Shown one piece after another: positions 11,869 through 23,643 of a stretch of 64,000 nt of DNA. The translations under genes and the position numbers were made by a program. The notes under the pieces were generated by a model. That model did no database searches, had not been told where the DNA came from, and saw only the letters and a list, made by a program, of their open reading frames with translations. Each line of letters starts with the position of its first letter. The stretch's first letter is position 1. The stretch comes from Rhynchopus sp. YZ270_cl-10 (taxonomy: Eukaryota). Location: positions 186,001 through 250,000 of the forward strand of contig OZ037838.1 of NCBI GenBank assembly GCA_964035575.1. Direction: 5' to 3'.

Positions 11869-12933
11869 TCACTCACTGTTGTGTGGGTACAGATGCCTTG
11901 TCGCAATGACACCATCTTTTTGCATAGCCAAAACAACACCTGAACATGGCGACATCGCAAAGGACACAACTGAGATTTGTATCACATGCACACAGGACAT
12001 GGTCGCCACATCATACTGGTGCAGCACGTCTATACCCCCAACCACAAGGTACTTCCCACATGGTGTGAACTGCATGCCCTGGACAGCCTCAACCACATCA
12101 ACACTGCGAAGAGCCGCACCACTCCAATCACACAGGCGCACCATGTTGTCGCTCTCCACAGCAAAGACCGAGGCAGACCGTGAAAGCGCCACAGTACACC
12201 ACATACCCGCAGGCACACATGCCACAACAACACCTGTGTTCACATCCCACAGACGTACGTTCTCCTCCTTGTTGGAGGTGATCACCCACCCACCACAGTC
12301 CGACAGTGCCGCGCTCCATCCCCTTTCGTGCGAGAGAGAGCGGAGCAACGTCAGGTCTTCGTCATACACAGAGACGCCGTCTTTGCCCTGCGAGACAACA
12401 ACACTGCCACGGGAGAACACTCTCTCTGAATAGCCGTCGACTTTGCGGACCACCTCCCCACCCGGAAGTGCAACCTCGAGAAGGCAGCCCCTGCATGGCA
12501 CGTAGCAGCGTGTCTTGCACTGTGAGATGGCGGGCGGACCGACCACTTTAGTACCCACTTCAAATGAGCAGAAAGTGTCGAAGGTTTCTGTGTCGAAGCC
12601 GCCAACATGCCTACTGAAGCCGTCACCATGGATGCAGAGCGTTCCACAACGCGACAGCGACAAGCCCACATGTGTTGCAGTGTATTCAGCAGGACACTTG
12701 ATGTCAGCAAAGCGAGGGCGGGCAAGCACGATCTGCACCCCTGCATCAAACGCAGTGTCCTGCAGACGGCACGTCCCCTCCAGCACCTGCGTGCCGATGC
12801 GCATCTCGACAGACGCAGGCGAGACAGCAAGCGCCGTGCACGCAACCTCCTTTGCCGCTGCAACGTCCGCCTCGCACGGCACCTCCACTGTCGCAGTCAC
12901 GCCTGACTCTTCCAGCACAAAGGTCACATCCAT
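11869..12933 (-). CDS. U2 UBL-WD40 propeller protein, 354 aa
   Basis: Paralog; start set at the conserved MDVTF. Confidence 0.85.
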   Translation of the reverse strand: MDVTFVLEESGVTATVEVPCEADVAAAKEVACTALAVSPASVEMRIGTQVLEGTCRLQDTAFDAGVQIVLARPRFADIKCPAEYTATHVGLSLSRCGTLCIHGDGFSRHVGGFDTETFDTFCSFEVGTKVVGPPAISQCKTRCYVPCRGCLLEVALPGGEVVRKVDGYSERVFSRGSVVVSQGKDGVSVYDEDLTLLRSLSHERGWSAALSDCGGWVITSNKEENVRLWDVNTGVVVACVPAGMWCTVALSRSASVFAVESDNMVRLCDWSGAALRSVDVVEAVQGMQFTPCGKYLVVGGIDVLHQYDVATMSCVHVIQISVVSFAMSPCSGVVLAMQKDGVIATRHLYPHNSE

Positions 12934-13339
12934 TGCTTTGCGTTGCTTCGTGAGAAGGTGCAAATCAGCACGTTTACTCCACCACAAACGGGGGGAGTGA
13001 TGAGGTGGGTGGGGGAGAGGTGTTGTTCTGTGTTGCATGTTTGTGGTGGTTCTCGTTGTGACGTGACGAAAGGAATGACACTAACTTGACGTGACTAAGC
13101 ATAGCGATGTGTCACCCACACGAGAGCGCCGTATGGCCAGCGTGTGAGGTGGGCGACCTGTGGCAGGCAAACAAGAGAAAAGCAGCAACAGGACTGAAAG
13201 TGGAGTTTCTTGGGGGGTGTTTTGAGGGTCTTGGGCTTTTTCTGGGACCCTGGGGTATATTTTTCACTGAGCTTGTTTTCACTGTTTTTTCAATGCTCGT
13301 ATTTCATCACCACCCTCCCTCCCCTCCCCTGGTCACACA

Positions 13340-14407
13340 TCACTCACTGTTGTGTGGGTAAAGATGCCATGTCATAATGTCGCCATCTTTTTGCATAGCC
13401 ACAACAACACGTGAACATGGCGACATCGCAAAGGACACAACAAACCTTTCCGGCATCACATGCACACAGGACATTGTCGCCACATCATACTGGTGCAGCC
13501 CTTCTATATCCCCAACCACAAGGTACTTCCCACATGGGGTGAACTGCATGCCCTCGACATGCCCATCCACATCGACACTGCGAAGAGCCGCACCACTCCA
13601 ATCATAGAGGCGCACGTTGCGCATCCCCACAGCAAAGACAGAGGCAGACCGTGAAAGCGCCACTGTTTCGAACAACCCCGAAGGCACACATGCCACAGCA
13701 ACACCTGTGTTCACATCCCACAGACGTACGTTCTTCTCCTTGCTGGAGGAGGTGATCACCCACCCACCACAGTCCGACAGTGCCATGTCCCAACACGTTC
13801 CGTGCGAGAGAGAGCGGAGCAACGTCAGGTCTTCGTCATACACAGAGACGCCGTCTTTGCCCTTCGAGACAACAGCACTGCCGCAGACGAATACTGCGTA
13901 CGAGCGGCCGTCGACTTTGCGGACCACCTCCCCGCCCGGAAGTGCAACCTCGAGAAGGTAGTCTCTACATGGCACGTAGCACCGTGTCTTGCACTGCGAG
14001 ATGGCAGGCCCTCCGCGCACTTCATTGTCCACTTCAAACGAGAAGACAGTGTCGAAGGTTTCTGTGTCGAAGCCGCCAACATGCCCATTCCTGCTGCAAT
14101 AGACGCAGAGCGTTCCACAACGCGACAGTGACAAGTCTCCCACATGAGTTGCAGTGTACTCAGCAGGACACTTGATGTCGGCAAAGCGGCGGGCAAGCAC
14201 AACCTGCACCCCTGCATCAAACGCAGTGTCCTGCAGACGGCACGTCCCCTCCAGCACCTGCGTGCCGATGCGCATCTCGACAGAAGCAGGCGAAACAGCA
14301 AGCGCCGTGCACGCAACCTCCTTTGCCGCTGCAACCTTCGCCTCGCACGGCACCTCCACTGTCGCAGTCACGCCTGACTCTTCCAGCACAAAGGTCACAT
14401 CCATCAT
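13340..14407 (-). CDS. U3 UBL-WD40 propeller protein, 355 aa
   Basis: Paralog; ends YPHNSE. Confidence 0.85.
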   Translation of the reverse strand: MMDVTFVLEESGVTATVEVPCEAKVAAAKEVACTALAVSPASVEMRIGTQVLEGTCRLQDTAFDAGVQVVLARRFADIKCPAEYTATHVGDLSLSRCGTLCVYCSRNGHVGGFDTETFDTVFSFEVDNEVRGGPAISQCKTRCYVPCRDYLLEVALPGGEVVRKVDGRSYAVFVCGSAVVSKGKDGVSVYDEDLTLLRSLSHGTCWDMALSDCGGWVITSSSKEKNVRLWDVNTGVAVACVPSGLFETVALSRSASVFAVGMRNVRLYDWSGAALRSVDVDGHVEGMQFTPCGKYLVVGDIEGLHQYDVATMSCVHVMPERFVVSFAMSPCSRVVVAMQKDGDIMTWHLYPHNSE

Positions 14408-15041
14408 ATTGTTAAGGGGTCTGTTGTGTTTGATGTGATGGTTGGTGGTGTCACTTCGCAATGACAAATAAGAAGGTTGGTGGGTTGAATACGTGTTTCA
14501 ACAAACTCTGACAAAGCAAGCAATTTAAAGACACCTTACAAACACACAGTCACTGTGGTTTGCTAAAGATCGTGGTATGGAATAATAATTTCCTGGAGTG
14601 ATTTTCTTTGCCACGATTGTGCATAATAAATACATGATGACATGATCGTATTGTTGTTTGGCTAAGTGGTGTAGAAGGAACAGGATGAGGATGTCAGGCA
14701 GTGCAGCTACCTCAGATGCTGTGCGTTTGTCAAGTTGCAGCATCTGTGCATAACGTCCAGCTCAGGCGAAAAAGAGAAAGTGCAAAAAAAAAGTGACTCG
14801 AGAGACAATGCCTTGCCCTGGCAGTGTACCTTTTGGTGCGTGACCAGAACACCGTGGGTGGACCCGCGGCTGATCCCCCTAGACATAGATGGCGTGCGAA
14901 GAGTTTTCTTTGCATTCTTCTTCGCATTCGGGGGGAAAGCTAAAAGGGGTTTCTTGGGGGTGTTTTGAGGGTCTTGGGTTGTTTTGCTGGTACCCTGGGT
15001 TAGATTCATCACCACCCTCCCTCCCTTCCCCTGGTCACACA

Positions 15042-15337
15042 TCACTCACTGTTGTGTGGGTACAGATGCCGTGTTACAATGACGCCACCTCGTTGCATAG
15101 CCACAACAACACGTGAACACGGCGATATCGCAAATGACTCGCCAGAGAGTTGCGGTATCACATACACACAGGACATGGTCGCCACATCGTACTGGTGCAG
15201 GTCACTAATGCATACCAAACCAGCCCTGTTGTCATGTTCAACATAAAAGTTCTTTACCACGCTGCAACGTCCGCCTCGCACGGCACCTCCACTGTCGCAG
15301 TCACGCCTGACTCTTCCAGCACAAAGGTCACATCCAT
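15042..15337 (-). pseudogene. U4 internally deleted copy
   Basis: The first 77 nt of the UBL are joined out of frame (junction 15260/15261) to a 3' end closely resembling U9. Confidence 0.85.
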
Positions 15338-15647
15338 TGTTTTGTCTTCTTCTTGTTCCACCTCTGTTGGGAGGAGATGAGGTGTGGGTTGTTTTGTTTT
15401 GTGTGTTTGTGATGGTTTCGTTGTGTCGGTAGTTTCCACCAACAGAAGAGGGTCATAACAAAGCAAAAGTGAAAAAGAGAGGTAAAGGGTGGTGTGGTCG
15501 TTAGCGTGAAAATGTCTCAAAATGATTCCCCCACAGGCTAGTAGGTCGAGGGTGCAACGCAAATACTGATGCAACGCACGATAGCAACACACCGCAGTAC
15601 TCAGCGACAGCGAGGAGGTACTTCCCACACAGGGTGGACTGCGTCAC

Positions 15648-16760
15648 TCAGTAGGGGTACAGATGTTGTGTCACAAGGACGTCACTTCCTGCGTCACCTC
15701 CTGCTGCCTGGAACACAACCACACGTGAACACGGAGAGATCACAAATGAAGAGGCAACAACGACGTCGGAGAACACACGCACACAGGACATGGTCGCCAC
15801 GTCATACTGGTGCAGTGAATGTTGTCGATGATCCACCGCCAACCGTACTACGAGATACTTCCCACATGGTGTGAATTTTATGCAAAGAAAGGAAAGATTC
15901 TCCTGTTCAAAGCTGCCAAGAGCCGCACCGCTCCAGTCGTAGAGGTTCAGCACTTTATTTTCCCCCACCACAGCAAAGACAGAGGCAGACCGTGAAAGCG
16001 CCACGCACGACCCATCCGCAGGCACACATGCAACAACTTCACCTGTGTTCACATCCCACAGACGTGCGTTCTTCTCAGTGATCCAGGAGGAGGTGATCAC
16101 ACACCCACCACAGTCCGATACTGCCACGCACCCGCACCACTGGCCGCACCCCTTGTGCGAGAGAGAGCGGAGCAACGTCAGGTCTTCGTCATACACAGAG
16201 ACGCCGTCTTTGCCTTGGGAGACAACAACATCGCCACACGCAAACACTGAGTACGAGGGGCCGTCGACTTTGCGGAGCACCTCCCCGCCCGGAAGCGCAA
16301 CCTCGAGAAAGGACTCCTCACACGCCAGGTAGCAGCGTGTCTTGCACTGCGAGATCGCAAGCGCACCGTGCACTTTAGTGCCCACTTCAAACGAGAAGAC
16401 AGTGTCGAAGGTTTCTGTGTCGAAGCCGCCAACATGCCCATTCCTGCTACAATAGACGCAGAGCGTTCCACAACGCGACAGCGACAACGACGTCGCTTGC
16501 GGCTCAACACTGTACTCAGCAGGACACATGATGTCGGCAAAGCGGCGGGCAAGCACAACCTGCACCCCTGCATCAAACGCAGTGTCCTGCAGACGGCACG
16601 TCCCCTCCAGCACCTGCGTGCCGATGCGCATCTCGACAGACGCAGGCGAGACAGCAAGCGCCGTGCACGCAACCTCCTTTGCCGCTGCAACGTCCGCCTC
16701 GCACGGCACCTCCACTGTCGCAGTCACGCCTGACTCTTCCAGCACAAAGGTCACATCCAT
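15648..16760 (-). CDS. U5 UBL-WD40 propeller protein, 370 aa
   Basis: Paralog; YPY C-terminal class. Confidence 0.85.
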   Translation of the reverse strand: MDVTFVLEESGVTATVEVPCEADVAAAKEVACTALAVSPASVEMRIGTQVLEGTCRLQDTAFDAGVQVVLARRFADIMCPAEYSVEPQATSLSLSRCGTLCVYCSRNGHVGGFDTETFDTVFSFEVGTKVHGALAISQCKTRCYLACEESFLEVALPGGEVLRKVDGPSYSVFACGDVVVSQGKDGVSVYDEDLTLLRSLSHKGCGQWCGCVAVSDCGGCVITSSWITEKNARLWDVNTGEVVACVPADGSCVALSRSASVFAVVGENKVLNLYDWSGAALGSFEQENLSFLCIKFTPCGKYLVVRLAVDHRQHSLHQYDVATMSCVRVFSDVVVASSFVISPCSRVVVFQAAGGDAGSDVLVTQHLYPY

Positions 16761-17130
16761 TGTTTTCTCTTCTTAAGGTTCTTCTTGAGGTGTGGGTTGT
16801 TTTGTTTTGTTTTGCGATGTTTTAGTTACATCTGCAGTTTCCATAACAAAAGAGGGTTGGAACAAGGAAAAAGTGAAAAAGAGAGGTAAAGGGTAGTGTG
16901 GTCGTTATCATGAAAATGTCTCAAAATGATTCCCCAGGCTAGTAGGTCGAGGGTGCAACGTAAATACTGATGCAACGCACGATCGCAACACACCGCAGTA
17001 CTCAGCGACAGCGAGGAGGTACTTCCCACACAGGGTGGACTGCACGCCCAGACATGCCCATGCTTCATCAAAGCTGCAAAGAGCCGCACTGCTACTATCA
17101 TAGAGCTGCACGCTGTTGTGCTCATGAGGG

Positions 17131-18291
17131 TTACTCTTCTCTGTTTTCATCCCACGTAACATCACTCAAGTAGGGGTACAGATGCCGTGACACAAGGTTG
17201 TCACTTTCTCCTGACTCAAACAAAACCACACGTGAACACGGCGATATCGCAAACGTAGCTTGGCCGGCATTTGGTATCACATGCACACAGGACATGGTCG
17301 CCACATCATACTGGTGCAGGGTGCACTCTTCAGAATCCAGAACAAAGTCACCACTCACAAACCCAACAACGACGTACTTCCCACACGGAGTGAACTGCAC
17401 GGCAAAGACGCGAGACACCTGCATTTGAAAGCTGCCAAGAGCCGCACCACTCCAGTCGTAGAGCTGAACTTTTTCAGAGCACACCACAGCAAAGACAGAG
17501 GCAGACTGTGAAAGCGCCACTCCCCTCCCATCCGCAGGCACACATGCCACAGCTTCTCCTGTGTTCACATCCCACAGACGTGCGTTGTTCTCACTGAGGG
17601 AGGAGGAGATCACCCACCCACCACAGTCCGACACTGCCGCTTTCGCACACCCTTCGTGCGAGAGAGAGCGGAGCAACGTCAGGTCTTCGTCATACACAGA
17701 GACCCCGTCTTCACCTTGGGAGACAACAACACCATCACACGCGAACACTGAGTGCAAGGTGCCGTCGACTTTGCGGAGCACCTCCCCACCCGGAAGCGCA
17801 ACCTTAGCAAGACAACGCCTGAACGCCATGTAACAGCATGTCTTGCACCGTGAGATGGCAGCTGGACCGAGCCCACCAAATTCGACTTCAAACTTGAAGG
17901 CAGTCTCGAAGGTTTCTGTGTCAAAGCCGACACCGGTAATACCGATACCACCACTGGGATTGGAACGTTCCAAGTGGAAATAGAGACAGAGCGTTCCACA
18001 AGGAGACAACGAGAAGTTGCACAAGTTGTCCGGCACACTGTGTTTAGCAGGACACTTGATGTCAGCAAAGCGGCGGGCAAGCACAACCTGCACCCCTGCA
18101 TCAAACGCAGTGTCCTGCAGACGGCACGTCCCCTCCAGCACCTGCGTGCCGATGCGCATCTCGACAGACGCAGGCGAGACAGCAAGCGCCGTGCACGCAA
18201 CCTCCTTTGCCGCTGCAACGTCCGCCTCGCACGGCACCTCCACTGTCGCAGTCACGCCTGACTCTTCCAGCACAAAGGTCACATCCATCAT
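17131..18291 (-). CDS. U6 UBL-WD40 propeller protein, 386 aa
   Basis: Paralog; YPY class with a C-terminal extension. Confidence 0.85.
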   Translation of the reverse strand: MMDVTFVLEESGVTATVEVPCEADVAAAKEVACTALAVSPASVEMRIGTQVLEGTCRLQDTAFDAGVQVVLARRFADIKCPAKHSVPDNLCNFSLSPCGTLCLYFHLERSNPSGGIGITGVGFDTETFETAFKFEVEFGGLGPAAISRCKTCCYMAFRRCLAKVALPGGEVLRKVDGTLHSVFACDGVVVSQGEDGVSVYDEDLTLLRSLSHEGCAKAAVSDCGGWVISSSLSENNARLWDVNTGEAVACVPADGRGVALSQSASVFAVVCSEKVQLYDWSGAALGSFQMQVSRVFAVQFTPCGKYVVVGFVSGDFVLDSEECTLHQYDVATMSCVHVIPNAGQATFAISPCSRVVLFESGESDNLVSRHLYPYLSDVTWDENREE

Positions 18292-18698
18292 ATTGTTAAG
18301 GGGTCTGTTGTGTTTGATGTGATGGTTGGTGGTGTCACTTCGCAACGACAAATAAGAAGGTTGGTGGGTTAAATACGTTTTTCAACAAACTCTGACAAAG
18401 CAAGCAATTTGAAGATACCCTGCGGCAAACACACAGGAGATGTGAAAAGAAACCTCATGACCTGCCCGTACTGTGTGAACGGGGAAGGTATACAACCGAT
18501 TGTCACCCGGTTTGTGTTTCCGTTTAACAGATTGGATCCTCATGGAAAAGTAAGAAAAATAGAAACTTAACATTCATCGCACGATCGCGCCAGGGTGTTT
18601 AGGGGAGGAAAGCTCCTTGATGATGTTTCATCTTTGACATTTCGCCTTTGCACGAATGAAGAAGCTATTAGGCAAGAAAGAGGGACGCACCTCAGACC

Positions 18699-19796
18699 CT
18701 AGTAGGGGTGCAGGTGTCTTGTTAGTATAGTGTTGCCAGACTGGTTTACAAACACAACCACACGCGAACATGGCGATATCGCAAAGGGCGAACCTTTGGT
18801 GTTCGGTATCTCACGTACGCAGGACATGCTCGACAGATCATACTGAAGCAGGGACCAGTCACCGCCCTGTGCAACATCCAGACTGTTAATCACAAGGTAC
18901 TTCCCACACGGGGTGAACTGCATGCCGCAGAAGTAAGTGCCTGAGTCCTGTGCAAAGCTGCCCATAGCCACACCACTCCAATCATAGAGGTGCACTTTGT
19001 CAGAGCCCTCTACAGCAAAGACAGAGGCAGACCGTGAAAGCGCCACATTGCCCCCTGCCACGGGCACACATGCCACAGCTTCTCCTGTGTTCACATCCCA
19101 CAGACGTGCCTTCTTCTCTTCAAGTAAGGATGAGGTGACCACCCACCCACCACAGTCCGACACTGCCACCTCCCTGCACCCTTCATGCGAGAGAGAGCGG
19201 AGCAACGTCAGGTCTTCGTCATACACAGAGACGCCGTCTGTGCCTCGGGAGACAACAACACCGCCACACGCGAACACTGAGTACGAGGAGCCGTCGACTT
19301 TGCGGAGCACCTCCCCACCCGGAAGCGCAACCTCGTGCATACCTTCCCTGCACGCCAGGTAGCAGCGTGTCTTGCACTGCGAGATAGCAGGGGAAGCGTG
19401 GAAACGAAGCTGACTTACACTAAAAGCGAAGGTAGTGTCGAAGGTTTCTGTGTCGAAGCCACTAATAGCATGCTTTTCATCACAAGAGAGACAGAGCGTT
19501 CCACAACGCGACAGCGACAAGTGCTTCACTCCCTCCTGCACGTTATACTCAGCAGGACACTTGATGTCGGCAAAGCGGCGGGCAAGCACAACCTGCACCC
19601 CTGCATCAAACGCAGTGTCCTGCAGACGGCACGTCCCCTCCAGCACCTGCGTGCCGATGCGCATCTCGACAGACGCAGGCGAGACAGCAAGCGCCGTGCA
19701 CGCAACCTCCTTTGCCGCTGCAACGTCCGCCTCGCACGGCACCTCCACTGTCGCAGTCACGCCTGACTCTTCCAGCACAAAGGTCACATCCATCAT
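18699..19796 (-). CDS. U7 UBL-WD40 propeller protein, 365 aa
   Basis: Paralog; ends HPY. Confidence 0.85.
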   Translation of the reverse strand: MMDVTFVLEESGVTATVEVPCEADVAAAKEVACTALAVSPASVEMRIGTQVLEGTCRLQDTAFDAGVQVVLARRFADIKCPAEYNVQEGVKHLSLSRCGTLCLSCDEKHAISGFDTETFDTTFAFSVSQLRFHASPAISQCKTRCYLACREGMHEVALPGGEVLRKVDGSSYSVFACGGVVVSRGTDGVSVYDEDLTLLRSLSHEGCREVAVSDCGGWVVTSSLLEEKKARLWDVNTGEAVACVPVAGGNVALSRSASVFAVEGSDKVHLYDWSGVAMGSFAQDSGTYFCGMQFTPCGKYLVINSLDVAQGGDWSLLQYDLSSMSCVREIPNTKGSPFAISPCSRVVVFVNQSGNTILTRHLHPY

Positions 19797-19896
19797 ATTG
19801 TTAAGGGGTCTGTTGTGTTTGATGTGATGGTTGGTGGTGTCACTTCGCCATGACAAATAAGAAGGTGGTCGGTTAAATACGTGTTTCAACAAACTC

Positions 19897-20817
19897 CATA
19901 CATTGAAATCCCGGGGAGTCACGGGGAGTTTGGCAAAAAATCAAAAAAAACGAACTCCCCGTGAGTGTTTTTTTGGTTTCGAGAGTTTTCGAGAGTGTTT
20001 TTTTTTTTTTTTACGGAGAGTTTTCGCGATTAATCGCGACAAAATTCGCGATTAATCCCCGGGAGTAAAATCGCGATTTTTTGTAGCATTTTACCCCAAA
20101 CACAACTGTGCACACCTGGTGCTATCCGCATCTGACCTGTGCCTACCTGGGCACACGTTCAGTCTACGTACTCACATTACACCTACCGATTGATTCGCAA
20201 AATGCACCCACCACGACAGAGGGGTGATAAGCCTCGCGGCTTTAGGCGGCACAGTGGTGGCGGACATGAGCAAACGAGCCCACAGGTCGATCACAAATGC
20301 GACGGGTTAATTCCGCGCTTGGGAATTATCCACACCTGTTTAAGATATAATCACGCTTAAATTACTCTGGGCGAAAAATGGTACACCATACCAGCAGGGG
20401 AGCATACCACCACATGTAAGCAGGGCTATTTTAAAAATATAAAAAAATATGGGGATAAGGAACAAGAAAAGGGTGAAAACGGGTCGAGGCTTCCCGCCGC
20501 AGGCCTCGGAACGTAGTGAGAGCTTGTGAAAAAATCTCTCCCCGTTCATAGATGGCCCAGTTTTCGAGATTTTTTCATAAATTCGCGATTAATCGCAAAT
20601 TTTTATTTTATAAATTGGAGAGTTTTCGAGAGTATTTTTTTTTAAATCGGGGAGTATTGGAGAGTTTTGGAGAGTTTTTTTTTTAAATTGGAGAGTTTTC
20701 GAGAGTTTTTCACAAATTCGCGATTAATCGCGATTTTTTTTTCTTTTTTTTTAATCGCTAAAACTCTCGAAAACACCAGTGGAGAGTCTCCGCGACTCCA
20801 GGGGATTTCAATGTATG
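19897..20817. mobile_element. Non-autonomous TIR element (921 bp) with a 6-bp TSD
   Basis: TIR CATACATTGAAATCCC/GGGATTTCAATGTATG; AAACTC duplicated (19891-19896, 20818-20823). The empty site caacaaactctgacaaag is seen at other spacers (e.g. ~14500, ~26820). Subterminal GAGAGTTTTC and TCGCGATTAATCGCGA repeats. Confidence 0.9.
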
Positions 20818-21255
20818 AAACTCTGACAAAGCGAGCAATTTGAAGATACCTTACAAACACACAGTCACTGTGGTTTGTTAAAGATCGTGGTATGGAATAA
20901 CTGGCGAAAAGAAAGAAAAGTTTATAAGATGACCCTCAGCCTCTCGTCACCTTGATCACATTCGTTATCGCGCAGCATCAACAGCGCTGGTGTCCACAAA
21001 AGAAAGTGCAAAAAGAAGCGACTCGAGATACATGGCAGTGTACCTTTTGGTGCGTGACCAGAACACCGTGGGTGGACCCGCGGCTGATCCCCCTAGACAT
21101 AGATGGCGTGCGAAGAGTTTTCTTTGCATTCTTCTTCGCATTCGGGGGGAAAGCTAAAAAGGGTTTCTTGGGGGTGTTTTGAGGGTCTTGGGTTGTTTTG
21201 CTGGTACCCTGGGTTAGATTCATCACCACCCTCCCTCCCTTCCCCTGGTCACACA

Positions 21256-22329
21256 TCACTCACTGTTGTGTGGGTACAGATGCCGTGTGACAATAACACC
21301 ACCTCGTTGCATAATCATAACAACACGTGAACATGGCGATATCGCAAAGAACTCAACTTTAATTTGCGGTATCACATGCACACAGGACATGGTTGCCACA
21401 TCATACTGGTGCAGCACGTCTATAATCCTGACCACAAGGTACTTCCCGCACGGGGTGAACTGCATGCCCTTGGCACTCCTACTCACGTCAACACTGCGAA
21501 GAGCCGCACCGCTCCAATCAAAGAGCTGCACGGCCTTAAAACTCCCCACAGCAAAGACAGAGGCAGATCGTGAAAGCGCCACACCATAGCACCACCCGGC
21601 AGGCACACATGCCACAGCTTCTCCTGTGTTCACATCCCACAGATGTACGTTCTTCTTGCTGGAGCAGGTGACCACCCACCCACCACAGTCCGACAGTGCC
21701 GCGTCCCAGCAAGCTTCGTGCGAGAGAGAGCGGAGCAACGTCAGGTCTTCGTCATACACAGAGACGCCGTCTGTGCGTCGGGACACAACAACACTGCCAC
21801 ACGCGAACACTGACTGTGGAATGTCGTCAGTCACTTTGCGGAGCACCTCCCCACCCGGAAGTGCAACCTCGAGAAGACCTTCCTTACATGGCACGTAGCA
21901 CCGTGTCTTGCACTGCGAGATGGCAGGCCCACCGCGCACTTCGTTGTCCACTTCAAACGAGAAGACAGTGTCAAAGGTTTCTGTGTCGAAGCCGCCAACA
22001 TGCCCAGTCCAGTCACCATAGACGCAGAGCGTTCCACAACGCGACAGTGACAAGTCTCCCGTATTCGGTGCAGTGTACTCAGCAGGACACTTGATGTCGG
22101 CAAAGCGAGGACAGGCAAGCACAACCTGCACCCCTGCATCAAACGCAGTGTCCTGCAGACGGCACGTCCCCTCCAGCACCTGCGTGCCGATGCGCATCTC
22201 GACAGACGCAGGCGAGACAGCAAGCGCCGTGCACGCAACCTCCTTTGCCGCTGCAACGTCCGCCTCGCACGGCACCTCCACTGTCGCAGTCACGCCTGAC
22301 TCTTCCAGCACAAAGGTCACATCCATCAT
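21256..22329 (-). CDS. U8 UBL-WD40 propeller protein, 357 aa
   Basis: Paralog; ends YPHNSE. Confidence 0.85.
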   Translation of the reverse strand: MMDVTFVLEESGVTATVEVPCEADVAAAKEVACTALAVSPASVEMRIGTQVLEGTCRLQDTAFDAGVQVVLACPRFADIKCPAEYTAPNTGDLSLSRCGTLCVYGDWTGHVGGFDTETFDTVFSFEVDNEVRGGPAISQCKTRCYVPCKEGLLEVALPGGEVLRKVTDDIPQSVFACGSVVVSRRTDGVSVYDEDLTLLRSLSHEACWDAALSDCGGWVVTCSSKKNVHLWDVNTGEAVACVPAGWCYGVALSRSASVFAVGSFKAVQLFDWSGAALRSVDVSRSAKGMQFTPCGKYLVVRIIDVLHQYDVATMSCVHVIPQIKVEFFAISPCSRVVMIMQRGGVIVTRHLYPHNSE

Positions 22330-22523
22330 ATTGTTAAGGGGTCTGTTGTGTTTGATGTGATGGTTGGTGGTGTCACTTCGCAACGACAAATAAGAAGGTT
22401 GGTGGGTTAAATACGTGTTCCTGCAACAAGGCAAAAGGGGGTTCTTGGGTCTTGGGTTGTTTTGCTGGTACCCTGGGGGGAAATCATCACCACCCTCCCT
22501 CCCTCCCCTCCCTTGGTCACACA

Positions 22524-23643
22524 TCACTCACTGTTGTGTGGGTACAGATGTCTCGTTACAATGTTGCCATCTGGTTGCAAAGACACAACAACACGTGAAC
22601 ACGGCGATATCGCAAACGACTCGCCAGAGAGTTGCGGTATCGTACACACACAGGACATGGTCGCCACATCGTACTGGTGCAGGTCACTAATGCGTACCAA
22701 ACCAGCCCATGTTGTCATGTTCAAAATAAAAGTTCTTTACCACAAAGTACTTCCCACACGGGGTGAACTGCACAGCATTGACGTCCCCCACATCCCCACC
22801 CGCACGAACACTGCGAAGAGCCGCACCACTCCAATCATAGAGGTGCACGGTGTCTTCCTCCAGCACAGCAAAGACAGAGGCAGACCGTGAAAGCGCCACT
22901 CTACACCGCCTACCCTTCGCAGGCACACATGCCACAGCTTCACCTGTGTTCACATCCCACAGATGTACGTTCTTCTCCTTCTCGGAGTAGGTGATCACCC
23001 ACCCACCACAGTCCGACAGTGCCCCTTTCGCACACCCTTCGTGGGAGAGAGAGCGGAGCAACGTCAGGTCTTCGTCATACACAGAGACCCCGTCTTTGCC
23101 GTGGGAGACAACAACACTGCCACACGCAAACACTGAGTACGAGGTGCCGTCGACTTTGCGGAGCACCTCCCCACCCGGAAGCGCAACCTCGAGAAAGGAC
23201 TCCTCACGCGCCAGGTAGCATCGTGTCTTGCACTGCGAGATCGCAAGCGCACCGCGCACTTTAGTGCCCACTTCAAACGAGAAGACAGTGTCGAAGGTTT
23301 CTGTGTCGAAGCCACCAACATGCCCAGTCCAGTCACCATAGACGCAGAGCGTTCCACAACGCGACAGCGACAAGTCTCCCGTATGCGTTGCAGTGTACTC
23401 AGCAGGACACTTGATCTCGGCAAAGCGGCGGGCAAGCACAACCTGCACCCCTGCATCAAAAGCAGTGTCCTGCAGACGGCACGTCCCCTCCAGCACCTGC
23501 GTGCCGATGCGCATCTCGACAGACGCAGGCGAGACAGCAAGCGCCGTGCACGCAACCTCCTTTGCCGCTGCAACCTTCGCCTCGCACGGCACCTCCACTG
23601 TCGCAGTCACGCCTGACTCTTCCAGCACAAAGGTCACATCCAT
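22524..23643 (-). pseudogene. U9 frameshifted copy
   Basis: One extra base at ~22709 relative to U4 splits it into ORFs 22687-23643 and 22524-22724. Could be a sequencing error. Confidence 0.75.

Noticed and set aside
14540..14570. CACAGTCACTGTG palindrome in spacers (also ~20860 and ~48340) as a V(D)J-type recombination signal
   Set aside because: It contains a heptamer, but no nonamer-like sequence lies at 12 or 23 bp, and it occurs only in copies of one duplicated spacer.
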